A stretch of DNA of 64,000 bases, from assembly GCA_977017645.1 (NCBI GenBank), contig OZ360228.1, forward strand, positions 49,228,001-49,292,000. The letters are read 5' to 3'. This stretch comes from Torpedo marmorata (Eukaryota). Below are positions 38,408 to 52,109 of this stretch, in pieces. Every line of letters begins with the position of its first letter. Positions within the stretch are counted from its first letter, which is position 1. Below the pieces are notes generated by a model. It ran no database searches. It saw nothing but the letters and a program-made list of their open reading frames with translations, and had not been told where the DNA came from. A program made the translations under genes and the position numbers.

Positions 38408-39684
38408 GTCATAAGACCATAAAATGTAGGAGCAGAATTAGACCATTCAGCCCATTGAGTCTGCTCCGCAATTCAAATCATACAGTAGCTGAAGTATTTT
38501 TCCACTCAACCCCATTCTCCTGCCTTCTCCCCATAACATTTAACACCCTTACTAATCAAGAACCTATCAAGAGTAAAACAGTCTGCAGACACCGTGATTG
38601 AAGTAAAAACAAATGTTGGAGAAACTCAGCAGGTCAAGCAGTGTACTTTATATAGCAAAGATAAAGATACATACTGTAACCAACGTTTCGGGCTTGAGCC
38701 CTTCATCAAGGTAAACTGTGCTTTAAATACACCCAATGATTTGTCACCCGTCTGTGGCAACGTATTCCATAGATTCACTACTCTCTCGCTGCAGAAATGT
38801 CTCCTCGTATCTGTTCTAAAGGGACATCCTTTTATTCTGAGGTTGTGCCCTCTGATCTCCCACTACTGGAAACATCCAGACTTTCCCATGAGGGAAACAT
38901 CTTCTCCACCTCCACTCTATCTTACCCTTTCAATATTTGGTAGGTTTCAATGAGATCCTCCCTCTTCCTTCTAAACTCCAGTGAGTACAGGCTGAGAGCC
39001 ATCAAACGCGGATCATTCTTGTAAACCTCTTCTGGACCCACTCCAATGCCAGCACATCTATCCGTAGATTATGGGTCCCAAAGATCCAAATGCCTTATAA
39101 AGCTTCAGCATTACATATTTGCTTTTATATTCTAGTCCTCGTGAAATGAATGCTAACATTGCATTTGCCTTCCTCACTATTGATTCAACCTGCAAGTTAA
39201 CCTTTATGGAATCCTGCATTGGGACTTTCTGAATTGTTTCCCCATTTAGAAAATAGTCTACTCCTTCTACAAAAGTGCATTACCGTATACTTCCCCAAGC
39301 TGCATTCCATCTGCCACTTCTTTGCCCATTCTCCCAACCTTTCTAAGTCCCTCTGCAGGCTCCCTGCTTCCTCACACTACTTGGCCCTCCACCTATCTTT
39401 GTATCAACCACAAACGTGGCCACAAAGCCATTACTTCCATCACCTAAATCATTTATATACAACGTGAAAAGTGGCGGACCCACACTGACCCCTGCGGAAC
39501 ATCACCAGCCAGTCACCGGCAGCCAGCCAGAAAAGGCCCCCTTTATTCCCACTCTTTCCCTTCTGCTAGTCAGCCAATCTTCCATCCATGCTACTATCTT
39601 TCCCGTAATTCCACGGCTCCTATCCTGTTTAGTAGCTTCATGTGCGGCACCTTGTCAAAGGCCTTCTGAAAATCCAAATAAATC
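38408..39684 (-). mobile_element. CR1 fragment, internally deleted, with a small PLE insertion
   Basis: YLDFQKAFDKVPHMKLL at the 5' end and CR1 3'UTR near 38410-38570; PLE terminus at 38572-38713. Confidence 0.75.
38572..38713 (-). mobile_element. PLE 3' terminal fragment with hammerhead-like core
   Basis: Same repeat as 4815-4960; reverse complement contains CCTTGATGAAGGGCTCAAGCCCGAAACGTTGG. Confidence 0.75.
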
Positions 39685-39929
39685 CTAGTCAAAAGTTGAG
39701 AGTTCAAACCCCACTTCAGAATACAAAGATCGAGACTGAACATGTAGTGGAGTGCAGAGGGTGATTCAGACAGTTCAAGGTGGATGCAATGTTTAATTGA
39801 GGGCGAATTTGGCCTCTTGGCTACATTTAAAATGACCCCATGATATTTATTCAAAAATAGTTGGAGTTATCCCCGAGTTATTCCCAACTGTAATGTTATC
39901 ACGGTTTAGGGGTTACCATTTACCTGCAT

Positions 39930-40745
39930 AAGCTCCATACTTCGGCAATTCAAATAGTTGTCCATTTGTTTAAATGTTGTCTGGGTACCTGCCTCTGACA
40001 CCTTCTGAGGCAGCACATTCCAGAATGAAGCCAACCTCAAGGTGAAAAAATTCTTCCTTAAGTTCCTGCTAACCTCTTACTTCTCACTTTAAACATATGC
40101 CCTTTTTTTCATAGATATCTTTGCCATGGATAAAGGTTTTTTTTAAACTATCTACTCTATCTATGCCTTTTATAATTTTGTATACAGTACCTCTGCCAGG
40201 TCCCCCCAAAGTCTCCTCTGCCTCAAGAAAACCAAGCCCAACCTCTCCTCCCCAATCTCTCCTCTTAACTGAAACATTTCAATCCCAAGCAACACCCTCT
40301 CCAGTGCAATTGCATCCTTTCTATACTATAGTGACCAGAAGTGCACATAATGTGATCTAATCAATGTTTTATACAGTTGCACCAAGACATCTCTGCCCTT
40401 GCTAAAGATGGCAAACATCCTATATGCCGTCTTCACTGCCTTACTTAACAGTGCCGTCACCTTCCGGGTTCTCTAGATTTATACACCAAGGACCCTTGTT
40501 TCTCAACTCTCTCTTGGGCCCTACCATTCATGTTCCACCCTTATGCAATGTGCACAGAATGAATCAACTATATCTGACGGGTAAATTGCAATTTTCATGT
40601 TCAATTCATATCATTCTGTATTCTGAGACTACCTTTCCTCAATCAACATGACCGTTTTTTGTGTCATCTGCAGACTTACTAATCAGACATTTTATGTTGA
40701 CATCTAAGTACATCTAATAAACTGTAAGAATACCAGTGCTGCTCC
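39930..40745 (-). mobile_element. Old CR1 fragment
   Basis: Degenerate reverse-complement CR1 motifs (gtgtcatctgcagacttact = SKSADDT; ctctatctatgccttttataattttgtata). Confidence 0.55.
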
Positions 40746-43660
40746 TTGATATTTGATATCTCTGATACACAAATCACAAACATTTCAAGTATATGTATCT
40801 GTATTTATCCCAGCAGCTGAGCTCTCCTGGTGATTTCAGTCGCATACACTGAAATAAAGAAAGCACATAATGGAGGTGAACTAGGCAAGAGTAGTCTTTC
40901 ACTCTGCACTTCTATTTAAAGGACGTGACAAATGACACCAAACTGACCTTTTTCTGTGTACTGTAAACATCTCGTGAATATTTATTCTTAAGTAGTTTTC
41001 ATCCAATTTGTTATACACTTAATGGGGTTCAAAAGATAGAAGTAACCTGGTCCAGCATTAGTACAAAAATTTCAATTGCATCAGAGTGACAGGATACTGA
41101 CCCTCACTCAACTAACAAAAACACCAAAAACTCAGTTGAACCTGACTTTAGTGATAATGATAGCTGACATGATTAAGTGGAAACAATAGTTTTTGATTAT
41201 CAAACAAACGAGAACTGTCCAGTTTCAATTTTAGAACGTTGTGAATATCCCATTCAAAATTCTTATTGTCTCAGCCAAAAGCTGGATAGGTGACAATTGT
41301 GCAGAAATCTTGCAACAGAAGCAATGTTGTAATATTAATATAATTAGAACGATATAGTTATAATATTGTCTGTAAGTACTGAATAATAAAAAAAATTATA
41401 ACCTACCTTTGCTTAGAATATGCATTATAAGTATTTTCAATTTCTGTTCACATTTGAAGAGTAAGTAAGCATTAATTTAATATCCCTGTAGTACTCTATT
41501 GAGTTGCAACAGTTTAAAAATAGACTCTAATCAGTGAGACCATGTTTAAAATAACCCAGGCAACAGAAGCTACTTCAGAAGACACATTAACTATTATGAT
41601 AATTAGTCTGTCATCCGAGAGAATGAACAGTGGGCTTGTAGAGAGATGAAAAGCTTCCCAGATACTTGAAAAGGGCACACCAATGCACCTATTCAAAGTG
41701 AAGTATGAGTGGCACTGCACGATATTTGGTTACATGACAGGCACCATGTAGAACAAGGATTTTTATTCCCCCTGTTGCTCTCAAACCAGATTAGAAAATA
41801 AATAAACCAACAGTGCAAACATTTTGAGAAGACAAATATTATATAATCATTAACCGTTTTCACCCTAGAGATTGGAAGTTAATGTAATTTTGTCAAATCA
41901 TTGGTTCAGCATAAAATTGCACCTGTTATTATCAAGTCCATCACACACTTCCAAAGTCAACTTTTTAACCCCTTTATTTTTCTGCCACTACCCTACAATT
42001 CCCCAACCACTCGCTCATGATTTGACGGTCAGCAATACTTACTTGCAAACTTGCATGTGGTAGTTGCTTAATTGTAAGCCACAACGGGACGATGAACAGG
42101 CCTGTTGATTACACCCAATGTCTAAAATTGTTCAATCAGGAAACAGTGGATCACAACTGCATGACCAAAATTCCATACCCCAGATGATATTCTTCTCTCT
42201 ATTAATTGAAGCAACCTTCATTTTGTCTGGTCAAATTCTATAGACTAGCCCTTAAGACCTTCAACATACTCTTGGTAATGATATTATCCATTAAAATTTT
42301 AAAATAATACATCAGAAAGGCCTAAAATTGTGATATAAATTAAATGAGCAATTAGGGATGGGTAATTAAATGCTGACTCAGCCTACAAAGTCCATATCCC
42401 TGAATTAATAAAAAAAGAGAAATTTATAGCGAGGTTGCTTGCTCAGTTATAAACACTTGTTTGTACATAGCAACATTTGAAAGGAAAAGCTTCAAAGCAT
42501 AAACAAATTTCAACAATTTGGTTGCATAGAGTTTGTGATGTCATTGGCACTGATATCTTTCTGTCACCTTGCCTGAAAACTTGCTTGGTGCCTGCATGCA
42601 GAATGGATCTAATCCTACCACGCCACCACTTCTAAACCTCCTCCCTCCAAATTGTCAAACTACTTATCTGATATCCAGTTTGTGGATAAGCAGAAGGTTC
42701 CCTCAACTAAACGTTGGGAAGCCATTGTGTTTTGTGTCTCCCACAAACTCCAATCTCTTCCAGACAAGTGACTGAATCTAAACTGTATTGTTTGCAACAT
42801 CAGTCATATGTGTCGTTAAGTTTGTCTATTTCTATATCTGTCTCAGCTCCTCTGTTGCTGAGACCTTCATATACAGTATGGAGATTAGCAGGTAAAGTGG
42901 AGACACCTTTAAAATTTAAGTTTAGTATTTTTAATTATTCCCAAATAATTTCATGTGTTTTAATTAATTGTTTAAATAAATTAAGCTCATAGTTTTCTTC
43001 AAATTACAAGTTTTCAAATGTCTGGATGTTGGAGAATAAGTTTGTGACAGCTTGAGTAGACTCCCAGCATTGCCTAACATCAAAGCATCTCAGGGTGTTC
43101 TAACAGAGTCTCCATACTATGCTACCTGAGGCTGAGCTGCCATTCACACCTTGACTGAAGGGTGCAGTGAGGCATTGCATATCCACATTAGATACATGTA
43201 GTTTTGTGGAGACTGGGCTGCAGGTGCAGCAAAGTTTGGTTCAAAATCCTGTTGCTCATCTTCCTGCCCAACAATGCAAGGAAAAAAAAGACATCAACTC
43301 TACCGCTAAATAGAGTCAGTTTAAAAATGACCAGCTGTGCAAATACCTAAATGCCACAATCTTTGTCGTGATAAATCATATCCAGCATAAAAATTATTTC
43401 TTTTGATCAGCTTCTTGTGACTGTATTAGTCAAATCCATAGTAAAATATTTATTTTTGTTTAATGATTGTTCCTCTTTAGAGCTCTGAAATAACAGTTTA
43501 GACTAGAGGAACATAGGTGGTGTGATATTTGAGACATGTTATTCAGCAATTGTCCTCCAGAAAATATTATTTGTACTGGTCCCAATAATGCTCTCGCCGA
43601 ATATAAGTAAGGATAGTTGGAGATTTCAGAGAAGAACTGTTTACCTTAATTATGACCTAC

Positions 43661-43723
43661 ATATCAGAATGCTTTAGAGCAAAATTGTGCTGCAGCTTGC
43701 CTGAAGATCTGTTACTTTATAAG
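43661..43723 (+). CDS. RASGRP1: RAS guanyl-releasing protein 1, internal coding exon (equivalent to human exon 4), 63 bp
   Basis: Encodes YQNALEQNCAAACLKICYFIR versus recalled human [21 protein letters not shown]; AC acceptor with U12 branch site; donor AG|GTGAGG. Confidence 0.92.
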
Positions 43724-44299
43724 GTGAGGCTGTTCCTGGAAACAACAACCACAGCTAAGTAAAGACAAAAAAAACAAGTGACAACCTGCAATCGCACATC
43801 TCAATTTGAACTGTTATGGTTAAGTCTGGCAGTCCTGTAAATGTTTCTTTAAAAGTGATAATAGATCTTTTTTCATCTCTGCAGTGTATACTTAGTGTGT
43901 GTATATATATATATATATATGTATACTGTATATGTATATATTGTAGCCGACTGCCATGAAGAAACACACATGCAGTGTGGAAGGTTAAGCTCTCTCCTTT
44001 ATTGAGGCTGGAGTTCCCGCCGTTTGGTTGATTGGTTGACATCAGCCGCATGAATAACAATAGCGGGCGGGAACGTTCTTGCATATGAATACCCTTCTTC
44101 CCCAGCCTGGATTGATCTGTTAGCTGGGCAGCTTGGCTAGCGCCATTTTAGGGCTGCTGGTCTTGTACTGCTCCAGCTTTCAACCGCGCCGGTTCGCTAT
44201 GCTAAAGGTCGCGTTACAGTGTGTTATGCCGCTGTTTACTACTGCGCGCGATGTGCCACCTCAATCTCCGTGGTGGCGGGCCGCCATATGACCCCCCCC

Positions 44300-47286
44300 A
44301 GAACCGGCGCTACAGTTCATAGTGTCCATGGATGCAGTCCCCAATGTCTTTGGTGGTCTGCCTCTGCGCTGAGGTGCTGGCGTCTCCACAGGTTGTGTCA
44401 GGTCCGTGTTTGCCGGCTTGAGCCTGTCTGCGGTGAAGACCTCTGGTTTGCCACCGATGTCCAGTTCGAAGGTGGCCCCGTTGTTCCGGACGACTCGGAA
44501 GGGGCCTTCATAGGGCTTCTGTAGCGGTGGACGGTGTGGCCCTCTGCGTACGAACACATACTCACAATCTTGGAGTTCTTTAGAAATGTTGATCTTGGGT
44601 TGCCCGTGTCTGGAGGGTGGGATCGGAGCCAGGTTACCGATCTTTTCCCGCAGCCTGTCCAGGAAGGTGGTTATATCCTCCTGTTGACCTCTGGCCGGTG
44701 GGACGAAATCCCCGGGGACCATGAGTGGAGCTCCGTAGACGAGCTCGGCAGAGGTGTGTGGAGGTCTTCCTCGGGGCTGTACGAATCCCCAGCAGTGTCC
44801 ATGGCAGTTCGTCAACCCAGTTGGGGCCCTTGAGTCTGGTCATAAGGGCGGCCTTGAGGTGCCTGTGGAAGCGCTCAACCAGCCCGTTAGACTGCGGGTG
44901 GTATGCTGTTGTGTGGTGTAGCTGAGCGCCCCACAGGTTGGCAACGTTGGTCCACAGGCTGGAGGTAAATTGTGCGCCTCTGCCGGAGGTTATGTGGCAT
45001 GGTAGCCCGAACCTTGCTATCCAGGATGAGACGAGTGCCTTGGCGCAAGACCTGGTGGATATGTCGGCCAGTGGGATTGCTCCTGGCCACCGGGTGAAAC
45101 GGTCGGTCACTGTGAACAGGTAGCGGAAACCCTGTGAGACTCGTAAGGGTCCCACTATGTCCACATGAATGTGGCCAAATCCTTGCTCCGTTGGCTCGAA
45201 AGGCTGCGAGGGGACCTTGGTGTGCCGCTGTACCTTGGCTGTTTGGCACTGTGTGCATGTCTTGGCCCACCCGCTGACTTGTTTCCACAATCCATGCCAC
45301 GCGTACTTGCTGGCCACCGTGGTCCTGATTGATGGATGTGCCAGCCTGTGGATGGAGTCGAAAACTCGTCGCCTCCATGCCACGTCGCACAGGAGGGTAG
45401 TGTTACCTGTGCTGACTGGGATGTCCTGAAGCTGCAGCCCCGTGACGGCGGTCCTGTACTGAGGCATCTCGTCGTCCTGCTGCTGTGCCTCCGCCAGTGC
45501 CACGAAATCCAGTCCGTTAGCCAGAGAGTGGATGCTCTGTCTCGACAAGGCGACGCGACCACGTTGTCTTTTCCCGAGATGTGCCTTACGTCGGTGGTGT
45601 ATTCCGAGACGTAAGACAAGTGTCTCTGCTGGTGGGCTGACCAGGGATCGGAGATCTTGGCCAGGGCGAATGTCAGTGGCTTGTGGTCCATGAAAGCCGT
45701 GAAAGCCCTTCCCTCTAGGAATTACCGGAAGTGGCGGATGGCTAAGTACAGCGCCAGTAGCTCTCTGTCGAAAGCACTGTATAGCTCAGGGGGCTGCAGG
45801 TGTTTGCTGAAGAAAGCTAGTGGACGCCAACTTTCTTCTATCTGCTGCTCCAGAACTGCACCAATCGCCATTCCTGAGGCATCGACCGTGAGGGCTGTGG
45901 GTGCGTTGACCTGGGGTGTGCCAGGAGTGCGGCATTAGCCAGGGCTTCCTTCGCTTCTATGAACGCTCGTGTGGAGTCATCGTCCCGGGTCAAGTCCTTC
46001 GCCTTGCTGGTCATCAGGGTGAAGAGTGGGCGCATGGTTCGAGCAGCTGCGGGGATGAATCTGCGATAAAAGTTGACCATCCCCACGAACTCCTGCAGTC
46101 CTTTGGTCGTACTGGGCCTCGGGAAGTTGCGGATAGCCTCCACCTTGCAGGGTAGTGGCGTGGCCCCGCATTTGGTAATCCTGTGGCCCAGGAAGTCAAT
46201 CATGCTCAGCCCGAACTGGCATTTAGCCAGGTTGATAGTTAGGCCGAACTCACGTACGCAACTGTAGAGGCTTCGGAGGTGTTGTAGATGTTCCTGCCGG
46301 GTTCTGCTCGCCACCAGGATATCGTCTAAGTAGACGAAGGTGCCGTCCAGGTCTCGGCCTACAACGTCCATCAGTCGCTGGAAGGTCTGTGCCGCGTTCT
46401 TGAGCCCGAATGGCATCCTCAGGAACTCGAACAGCCCGAATGGAGTGATGATGGCCGTGTTGGGGATGTCGTCAGGGTGCACCTAGATTTGGTGGTACCC
46501 TCGCACCAAGTCCACTTTGGAGAAGATCGTAGCTCCATGCAGGTTTGCCGCAAAGTCCTGGATATGCGGCACGGGGTAACGATCTGGAGTGGTGGCCTCG
46601 TTAAGTTGGCGGTAGTCGCCGCACGGTATCCAAACCCCAGATGCTTTGGGCACCATGTGCAGGGGAGAAGCCCATGGACTGTCCGACCGCCAAACGATGC
46701 CTAACTCCTCGAGCTTGCGGAACTCTTCCTTGGCCAGTTGAAGCTTCTCCGGGGGAAGTCGTCTCGCCCTTGCGTGGAGAGGTGGCACCTCCACCATGAA
46801 CTGAGGGGAAAGGATTGCCGAGAACTCAGCCAGTGCTTTGGAGAACTCATCGTCCAAGCTGAGGACAGGGTCCAGGTGCAGTGCCGGGAGCCCGGCGCCC
46901 CTCAGTGCGAAGGTTTGGAATGTTTCCGCGTGCACGAGTCTCTTGCCCTTGAGGTCCACTAGGAGGCTGTGGGCCCGCAGCAAGTCTGCTCCAAGGAGTG
47001 GCTGTTCCACTGCGGCCAGCGTGAACTCCCACAAGAAGTGACTGCCTCCGAACTGCAGCTCGGCTCTACGATTGCCATAGGTCCGTATGCTGTTGTTGTT
47101 GGCAGCCCTCATCGTGGGGCCCGATTGCCTGCATCTAATGTCCAAACCTGTCGGGGGCATCACGCTGACCTCCGCTCCTGTATCCACCAAGAATCTTCTA
47201 CCGGAAAGGCGATCCCATACGTACAGGAGGCTCTCTCGATGGCCAGCCGCCGTGGCCATCAGCGACGACTGGCCTTGTCATTTCCC
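44300..47286 (-). pseudogene. Gypsy C pol (PR-RT-RH-IN), disrupted
   Basis: LVDTGA protease, YLDD RT, DHKPL RNase H, HVDIVGPL and YHPQSNGLVER integrase, PYEGPF GPY/F motif across several frames. Pol is in the -1 frame to gag with slippery site G-GGA-AAT at 47280-47286. Confidence 0.88.
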
Positions 47287-47951
47287 TGGAACTCGCAGGG
47301 CAACCGGCATCGGCGGGCCTCGGAGCCCCATCTTTGGTGGTAGAAGCACCATCTCTCCTTGGACTGGTCCCTGCCTTTTGCCTGCCGCTCCTTTCCAGGG
47401 CCTGCCTTGGTCTGGTTGCGAGACTTCGTGACGAGCCCCACGGTAGCCGAGCACTTCTGTTTCTGCTTCCACAGAATATCTGCCCATGCTGCGACTTTCC
47501 GGGGGTCGCTGAAATCCGCGTCAGCCAGGAGCAGTTGGATGTCCTCGGGCAGCTGCTCCAAGAACGCCTGCTCAGACATGACGCAGGGCTCGTGGTCTCC
47601 CAGGAGGGCTAGCATCTCGTTCATGAGCGCTGACGGGGATCTGTCCCCTAGCCCATCCTGGTGGAGCAGCCGTGCCCCTCTCTCTCGCCGCGAGAGCCCG
47701 AAGGTCTCAGTGAATAGCTCTTTGAAGGCAGTGTAAGTGCCTTCTGATGGTGGCCTCTGGATGAAGTTGGCCACCCTGTCTGCAGTCTCTGGATCCAGGG
47801 CGCTGACCACATGGTAGTACCGTGTGGTCTCAGCTCTGATGCCCCGAATCTGGAACTGAGCCTCAGCCTGGTCGAACCACACGCCAGGTCGAACTGTCCA
47901 GAAGGTCGGGAGCTTGAGACCGACTGCGCTGATCGCTGCTTCGCTATCCAT
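47259..47951 (-). CDS. Gypsy C Gag (230 aa, open)
   Basis: VGLKLPTFW...WFDQAEAQF...[13 protein letters not shown] and [18 protein letters not shown] knuckle, typical of CsRN1-like Gag. Confidence 0.85.
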   Translation of the reverse strand: MDSEAAISAVGLKLPTFWTVRPGVWFDQAEAQFQIRGIRAETTRYYHVVSALDPETADRVANFIQRPPSEGTYTAFKELFTETFGLSRRERGARLLHQDGLGDRSPSALMNEMLALLGDHEPCVMSEQAFLEQLPEDIQLLLADADFSDPRKVAAWADILWKQKQKCSATVGLVTKSRNQTKAGPGKERQAKGRDQSKERWCFYHQRWGSEARRCRLPCEFQGNDKASRR

Positions 47952-48144
47952 CGCTGGGTTTAGATGCCGTCTGAACCATTGGGGTCACCAATTGTAGCCG
48001 ACTGCCAGGGAGAAACACACACACGCAGTGTGGAAGGTTAAACTCTCTCCTTTATTGAGGCTGGAAATGCTTCTTTTATACGGTTGGAGTTCCCGCCGTT
48101 TGGTTGATTGTTTGACATCAGCCGCATGAATAACAATAGCGGGC

Positions 48145-51100
48145 AAAGAATAACACAGATATCTTATAAAGCAAGAATAATTTCGGACCATTCACCTTTA
48201 TTAATGACGTGTATAATTCCAGAGAAAGAAAAAACTATTTATAACTGGAGATTTGATTCTTTATTATTGAAAAGGAAGGATTTTTGTGAATATATGAGAC
48301 GAGAAATTCAGGAATTTTTAAGAGTAAATAATAATTCGGTAGATGATAAATTTATGGTATGGGAAGCTTTGAAAGCTTATTTAAGAGGTTTAATAATAAG
48401 TTTTTCAGTAAAGATAAAAAAAGATTATTTGAGAGAAGAAGAAAAATTAGAGAAGGAGATTGAAATTATGGAAAAAGATTCACAGAGAAACCGGTCTATT
48501 CTTAAGAGGAACCGTTTAGTAAGGAAGAAATTACATTATAATTTATTGCAAACGCGTAAGACTGAAAAATTGATAGTACGGACAAAACAAAGATATTATG
48601 AACTAGGGGAAAAGGCACACAAGGTGTTATCATGGCAATTGAAAAAAGAGCAAGTTTCTAAAACAATTAATGCTATAAGGAAGAGAAATACGGGGGTAAT
48701 AACATATAAGCCACAAGAAATAAATGAATCTTTTAAAGAATATTATCAGAATTTATATAGATCTGAGACAGATCAAGATGAAACGAAGATAAATAGATTT
48801 TTATCTAAAATTACTTTACCTAAATTGACTGTTCAAAGTAAATATTCTTTGGATTTACCTTTTACGATGAGAGAAGTTACTGAAGCAATATCGACGTTGA
48901 GAAGTGGTAAATCTCCAGGTGATGATGGATTTCCAGTAGAATTTTATAAAGAATTTAAAGATTTATTGATACCTTTGTATATGGAGGTATTGAATCAAGT
49001 TAAGGAAACTCATTTATTACCGAAGACATTTTTAAATGCTATTATTACGGTTATACCAAAGAAAGATAGAGATGTATTAAAAACAGAATCTTATAGGCCT
49101 ATTTCATTGCTAAATGTAGATTATAAGATAATGGCGAAAATTTTAGCAAATAGATTAGCTAAATGTTTACCACATTTAATACATTCGGATCAAGCCGGAT
49201 TTATTAAAAATAGATATTCGAAAGATAATATAGCTAGATTGTTAAGCTTAATTAATGTATATAAGAAGAAACAAGATCTACCACTGGTAGTAACACTGGA
49301 TGCAGAGAAGGCATTTGATAGAGTAGAGTGGAATTTCTTATTTAAGGTTTTGGAAAAATTTGGATTTGGAGATAATTTTATAAATTGGATTAAAACTATA
49401 TATAAGGAACCTACGGCTAAAGTAGTTACAAATGGACAGATATCGCAAAAGTTTTTGTTATCAAGATCAACACGACAGGGATGTCCTTTATCACCTGCTT
49501 TGTTTGTGTTGGTAATAGAACCTTTAGCAGAAATGATTAGAGAAGATATAAATATAATGGGAATAAAGGTTGGTAGGGAAGAGCACAAGATTAGTTTGTT
49601 TGCAGATGATGTATTAATATATATGACAAAATCTGTTACATCACTTCAACAATTGGCTATTATATTGACAGAATATGGTGAGATATCAGGATATAAGATT
49701 AACTCAGATAAAAGTGAGATTTTGGCTTTATCACAAGGGGATTATACTAGATGTAAAGAAGTTACAGACTTTAAGTGGACTACAGAGAGTATTAAATATT
49801 TGGGAGTTAAAGTAGACACAAATTTGGAAAATTTGTATAAATTAAATTATACACCTTTATTTATTAAAATAAAAAAAGATTTAGAGCTTTGGAAAGACTT
49901 ACCTATAACGTTGATGGGAAGAGTAAATTGTATTAAAATGAATGTTTTTCCAAGAATTCAATATCTTTTTCAATCGATTCCTTATGGTATTCCAAATAAA
50001 TTTTTTAAAGATCTAAAATTTATTGTTAGGAAATTTCTATGGAAAGGAAAGTTAGCAAGAGTAAGTATAGATAAATTAACATGGAATTATGAAATGGGAG
50101 GATTACAACTTCCTAATTTTCAACATTATTATAAAGTAGCTCAGTTAAAATTTATTAATGAATTTTTTGATTTGAATAAAACTTCTGCTTGGATTAATAT
50201 AGAATTGAATAATATGGGAGAAATACATAAAGAAGATATTATTTATAAATGGAATCCTAAATTATTATTACTTAAAAAGAAAAAAACACCAATTATTAAA
50301 CATTTGTTGGAAATTTGGTCGCAAGTAGATAAGGAGATAGGTCAAAAAGGATTAATTTCTTTAAATACACCAATATATCAGAATCCACTTTTACCATTTT
50401 CTATGGATAATCAATTACTTAAGTTATGGTTTTTAAAGGGAGTTAAGACATTAAAAGATTGTTTTGAAGCAGGTAAATTTGTTACCTTTCAGAGGTTAAA
50501 GGAAAAATTTAATATATTAGATAATACAATGTTAGTTTATTTTCAAGTTAGAGCTTTTTTGATTGAAAGATTAGGGAATGAATTAACAGTATTAAGACAA
50601 AGTGAATTGGAGTTATTAATTACCAAAGTTAATGTTAATAAATTTATATCACAAATGTATAAGTTGTTTCAAAGAAAGATGTCTAAGGTAGGAGAGCATA
50701 AGTCTAGACTGAAATGGGAGTTTGATTTGAATGTTAATATAGATGAAAAACATTGGAAAGATTTATGTAAACTAAGTATGACAAAAGTTATTAATGTGAG
50801 ATATAGATTAGTACAATATAATTTTTATCATCAATTGTATTTGACACCTAGAAAATTGAAGAAATTTAACCCAGCGTTATCAGATACGTGTTTCAGATGT
50901 AAAACTGAAATAGGATCTTTTGTACATTGTACATGGTCATGTTCAAAGATTCAAGATTTTTGGTTGAAAGTTAAGAATTTTTTAGAAAGAATTTTTAATG
51001 TTGAAATTGCAATGGATCCTATGTTATTTTTATTTGGAGACATTAAAAAATTTAGTATTAGACATAAATTGAATATGTATCAAGTAGAATTTTTACGTAT

Positions 51101-51576
51101 AATATTAGCAATTTCAAAAAAATGTATAGCTATTACTTGGAAATCGGATGTTGATTTAAATTTAGAACGATGGCATGCAGAGTTACGGTCATGTATACCA
51201 TTGGAAAAAATTACCTATAATTTACGAAATAAATATCATTCTTTTTTAAAAATTTGGGGCCCATATACGAGGATTATGGGTTTAACATTGTGAATTCTCT
51301 GGATATTAGACCTACCGGCGAAACAACCTCTAAGATATATCAGTGTTTTTTTTTTTAAGCTTATTGACTCCTCGCTCTATCTTTCTATCTCTACTTTCTC
51401 TTTTTTCTTTACTATTATTATTTTATATATATTTTAATTAGATTAGGGGGGTATAGGGGTTAGGGAGGGGAGGGTGGGATGAGGGGGGGAGAAAATGTAA
51501 TCACATGTATTTTTTAAGAATTATATGCAAGTTATTTTATGTAATGTGTGATTTAAAAATTTAAATAAAATATTTT
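48145..51576 (+). mobile_element. L1 LINE, 5'-truncated within the endonuclease domain, inserted in Gypsy C 5' LTR
   Basis: Uninterrupted ORF2 to 51293 (SDH, KSPGDDGF, YRPISLLN, LDAEKAFD, RQGCPLSP, FADD, CFRC...HCTWSC); 16-bp TSD AATAACAATAGCGGGC (48129-48144, 51577-51592). Confidence 0.96.
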
Positions 51577-51820
51577 AATAACAATAGCGGGCGGGAACGT
51601 TCTTGCATATGAATACCCTTCTTCCCCAGACTGGTATTGATCTGTTAGCTGGGCAGCTTGGCCAGCGCCATTTTAGGGCTGCTGGTCTTGTACTGCTCCA
51701 GCTTTCAACCGCGCCGGTTTGCTATGCTAAAGGTTGCGTTACAGTGTGTTATGCCGCTGTTTACTACCGCGCGCGCCGCGCGATGTGCCGGCTCGATCTC
51801 CGCGTTGGCATTCCGCCACA

Positions 51821-51865
<45 letters not shown>

Positions 51866-51866
51866 T
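51821..51866. repeat. (TA)n(CA)n microsatellite; other half at 43895-43941
   Basis: Directly visible; flanks Gypsy C on both sides. Confidence 0.9.
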
Positions 51867-52109
51867 ACGGTTCACTTTGAGAACTGTGTGAAATTATATG
51901 GCTTGATGCATGACTAATATTTCAAATGACAGTGCAACAAATAATATCTAACGTGTTAGGTAGAGAAAGTACTTCTCTTCTTTACGAGTGAAGCACACAA
52001 AGAAGAATGCAAATTTTACGAAATTCATATCAAATCAGAATAGAAAGATATTAGAAAGATATTATTCTGCCCATAGGCCAGTTCTTTGAAGTGGCAGATG
52101 GCTGCTGCT

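Larger units (their letters stand above)
38180..43660 (+). other. RASGRP1: U12-type (minor spliceosome) AT-AC intron, 5481 bp
   Basis: 5' splice site ATATCCTTT (38180-38188), branch site TTTACCTTAAT (43640-43650), 3' AC (43659-43660). Splicing restores the frame ITL|YQNA. Confidence 0.92.
43942..51820 (-). mobile_element. CsRN1-clade-like Gypsy LTR retrotransposon (element C), L1 inserted in 5' LTR
   Basis: 3' LTR ~43942-44288; 5' LTR 47993-51820 (split by L1); PBS TGGTGACCCC (tRNA-Trp type) at 47981-47990; G-rich PPT ~44292-44300; 4-bp TSD ATAT within (TA)n; Gag with CHCC knuckle. Confidence 0.92.
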
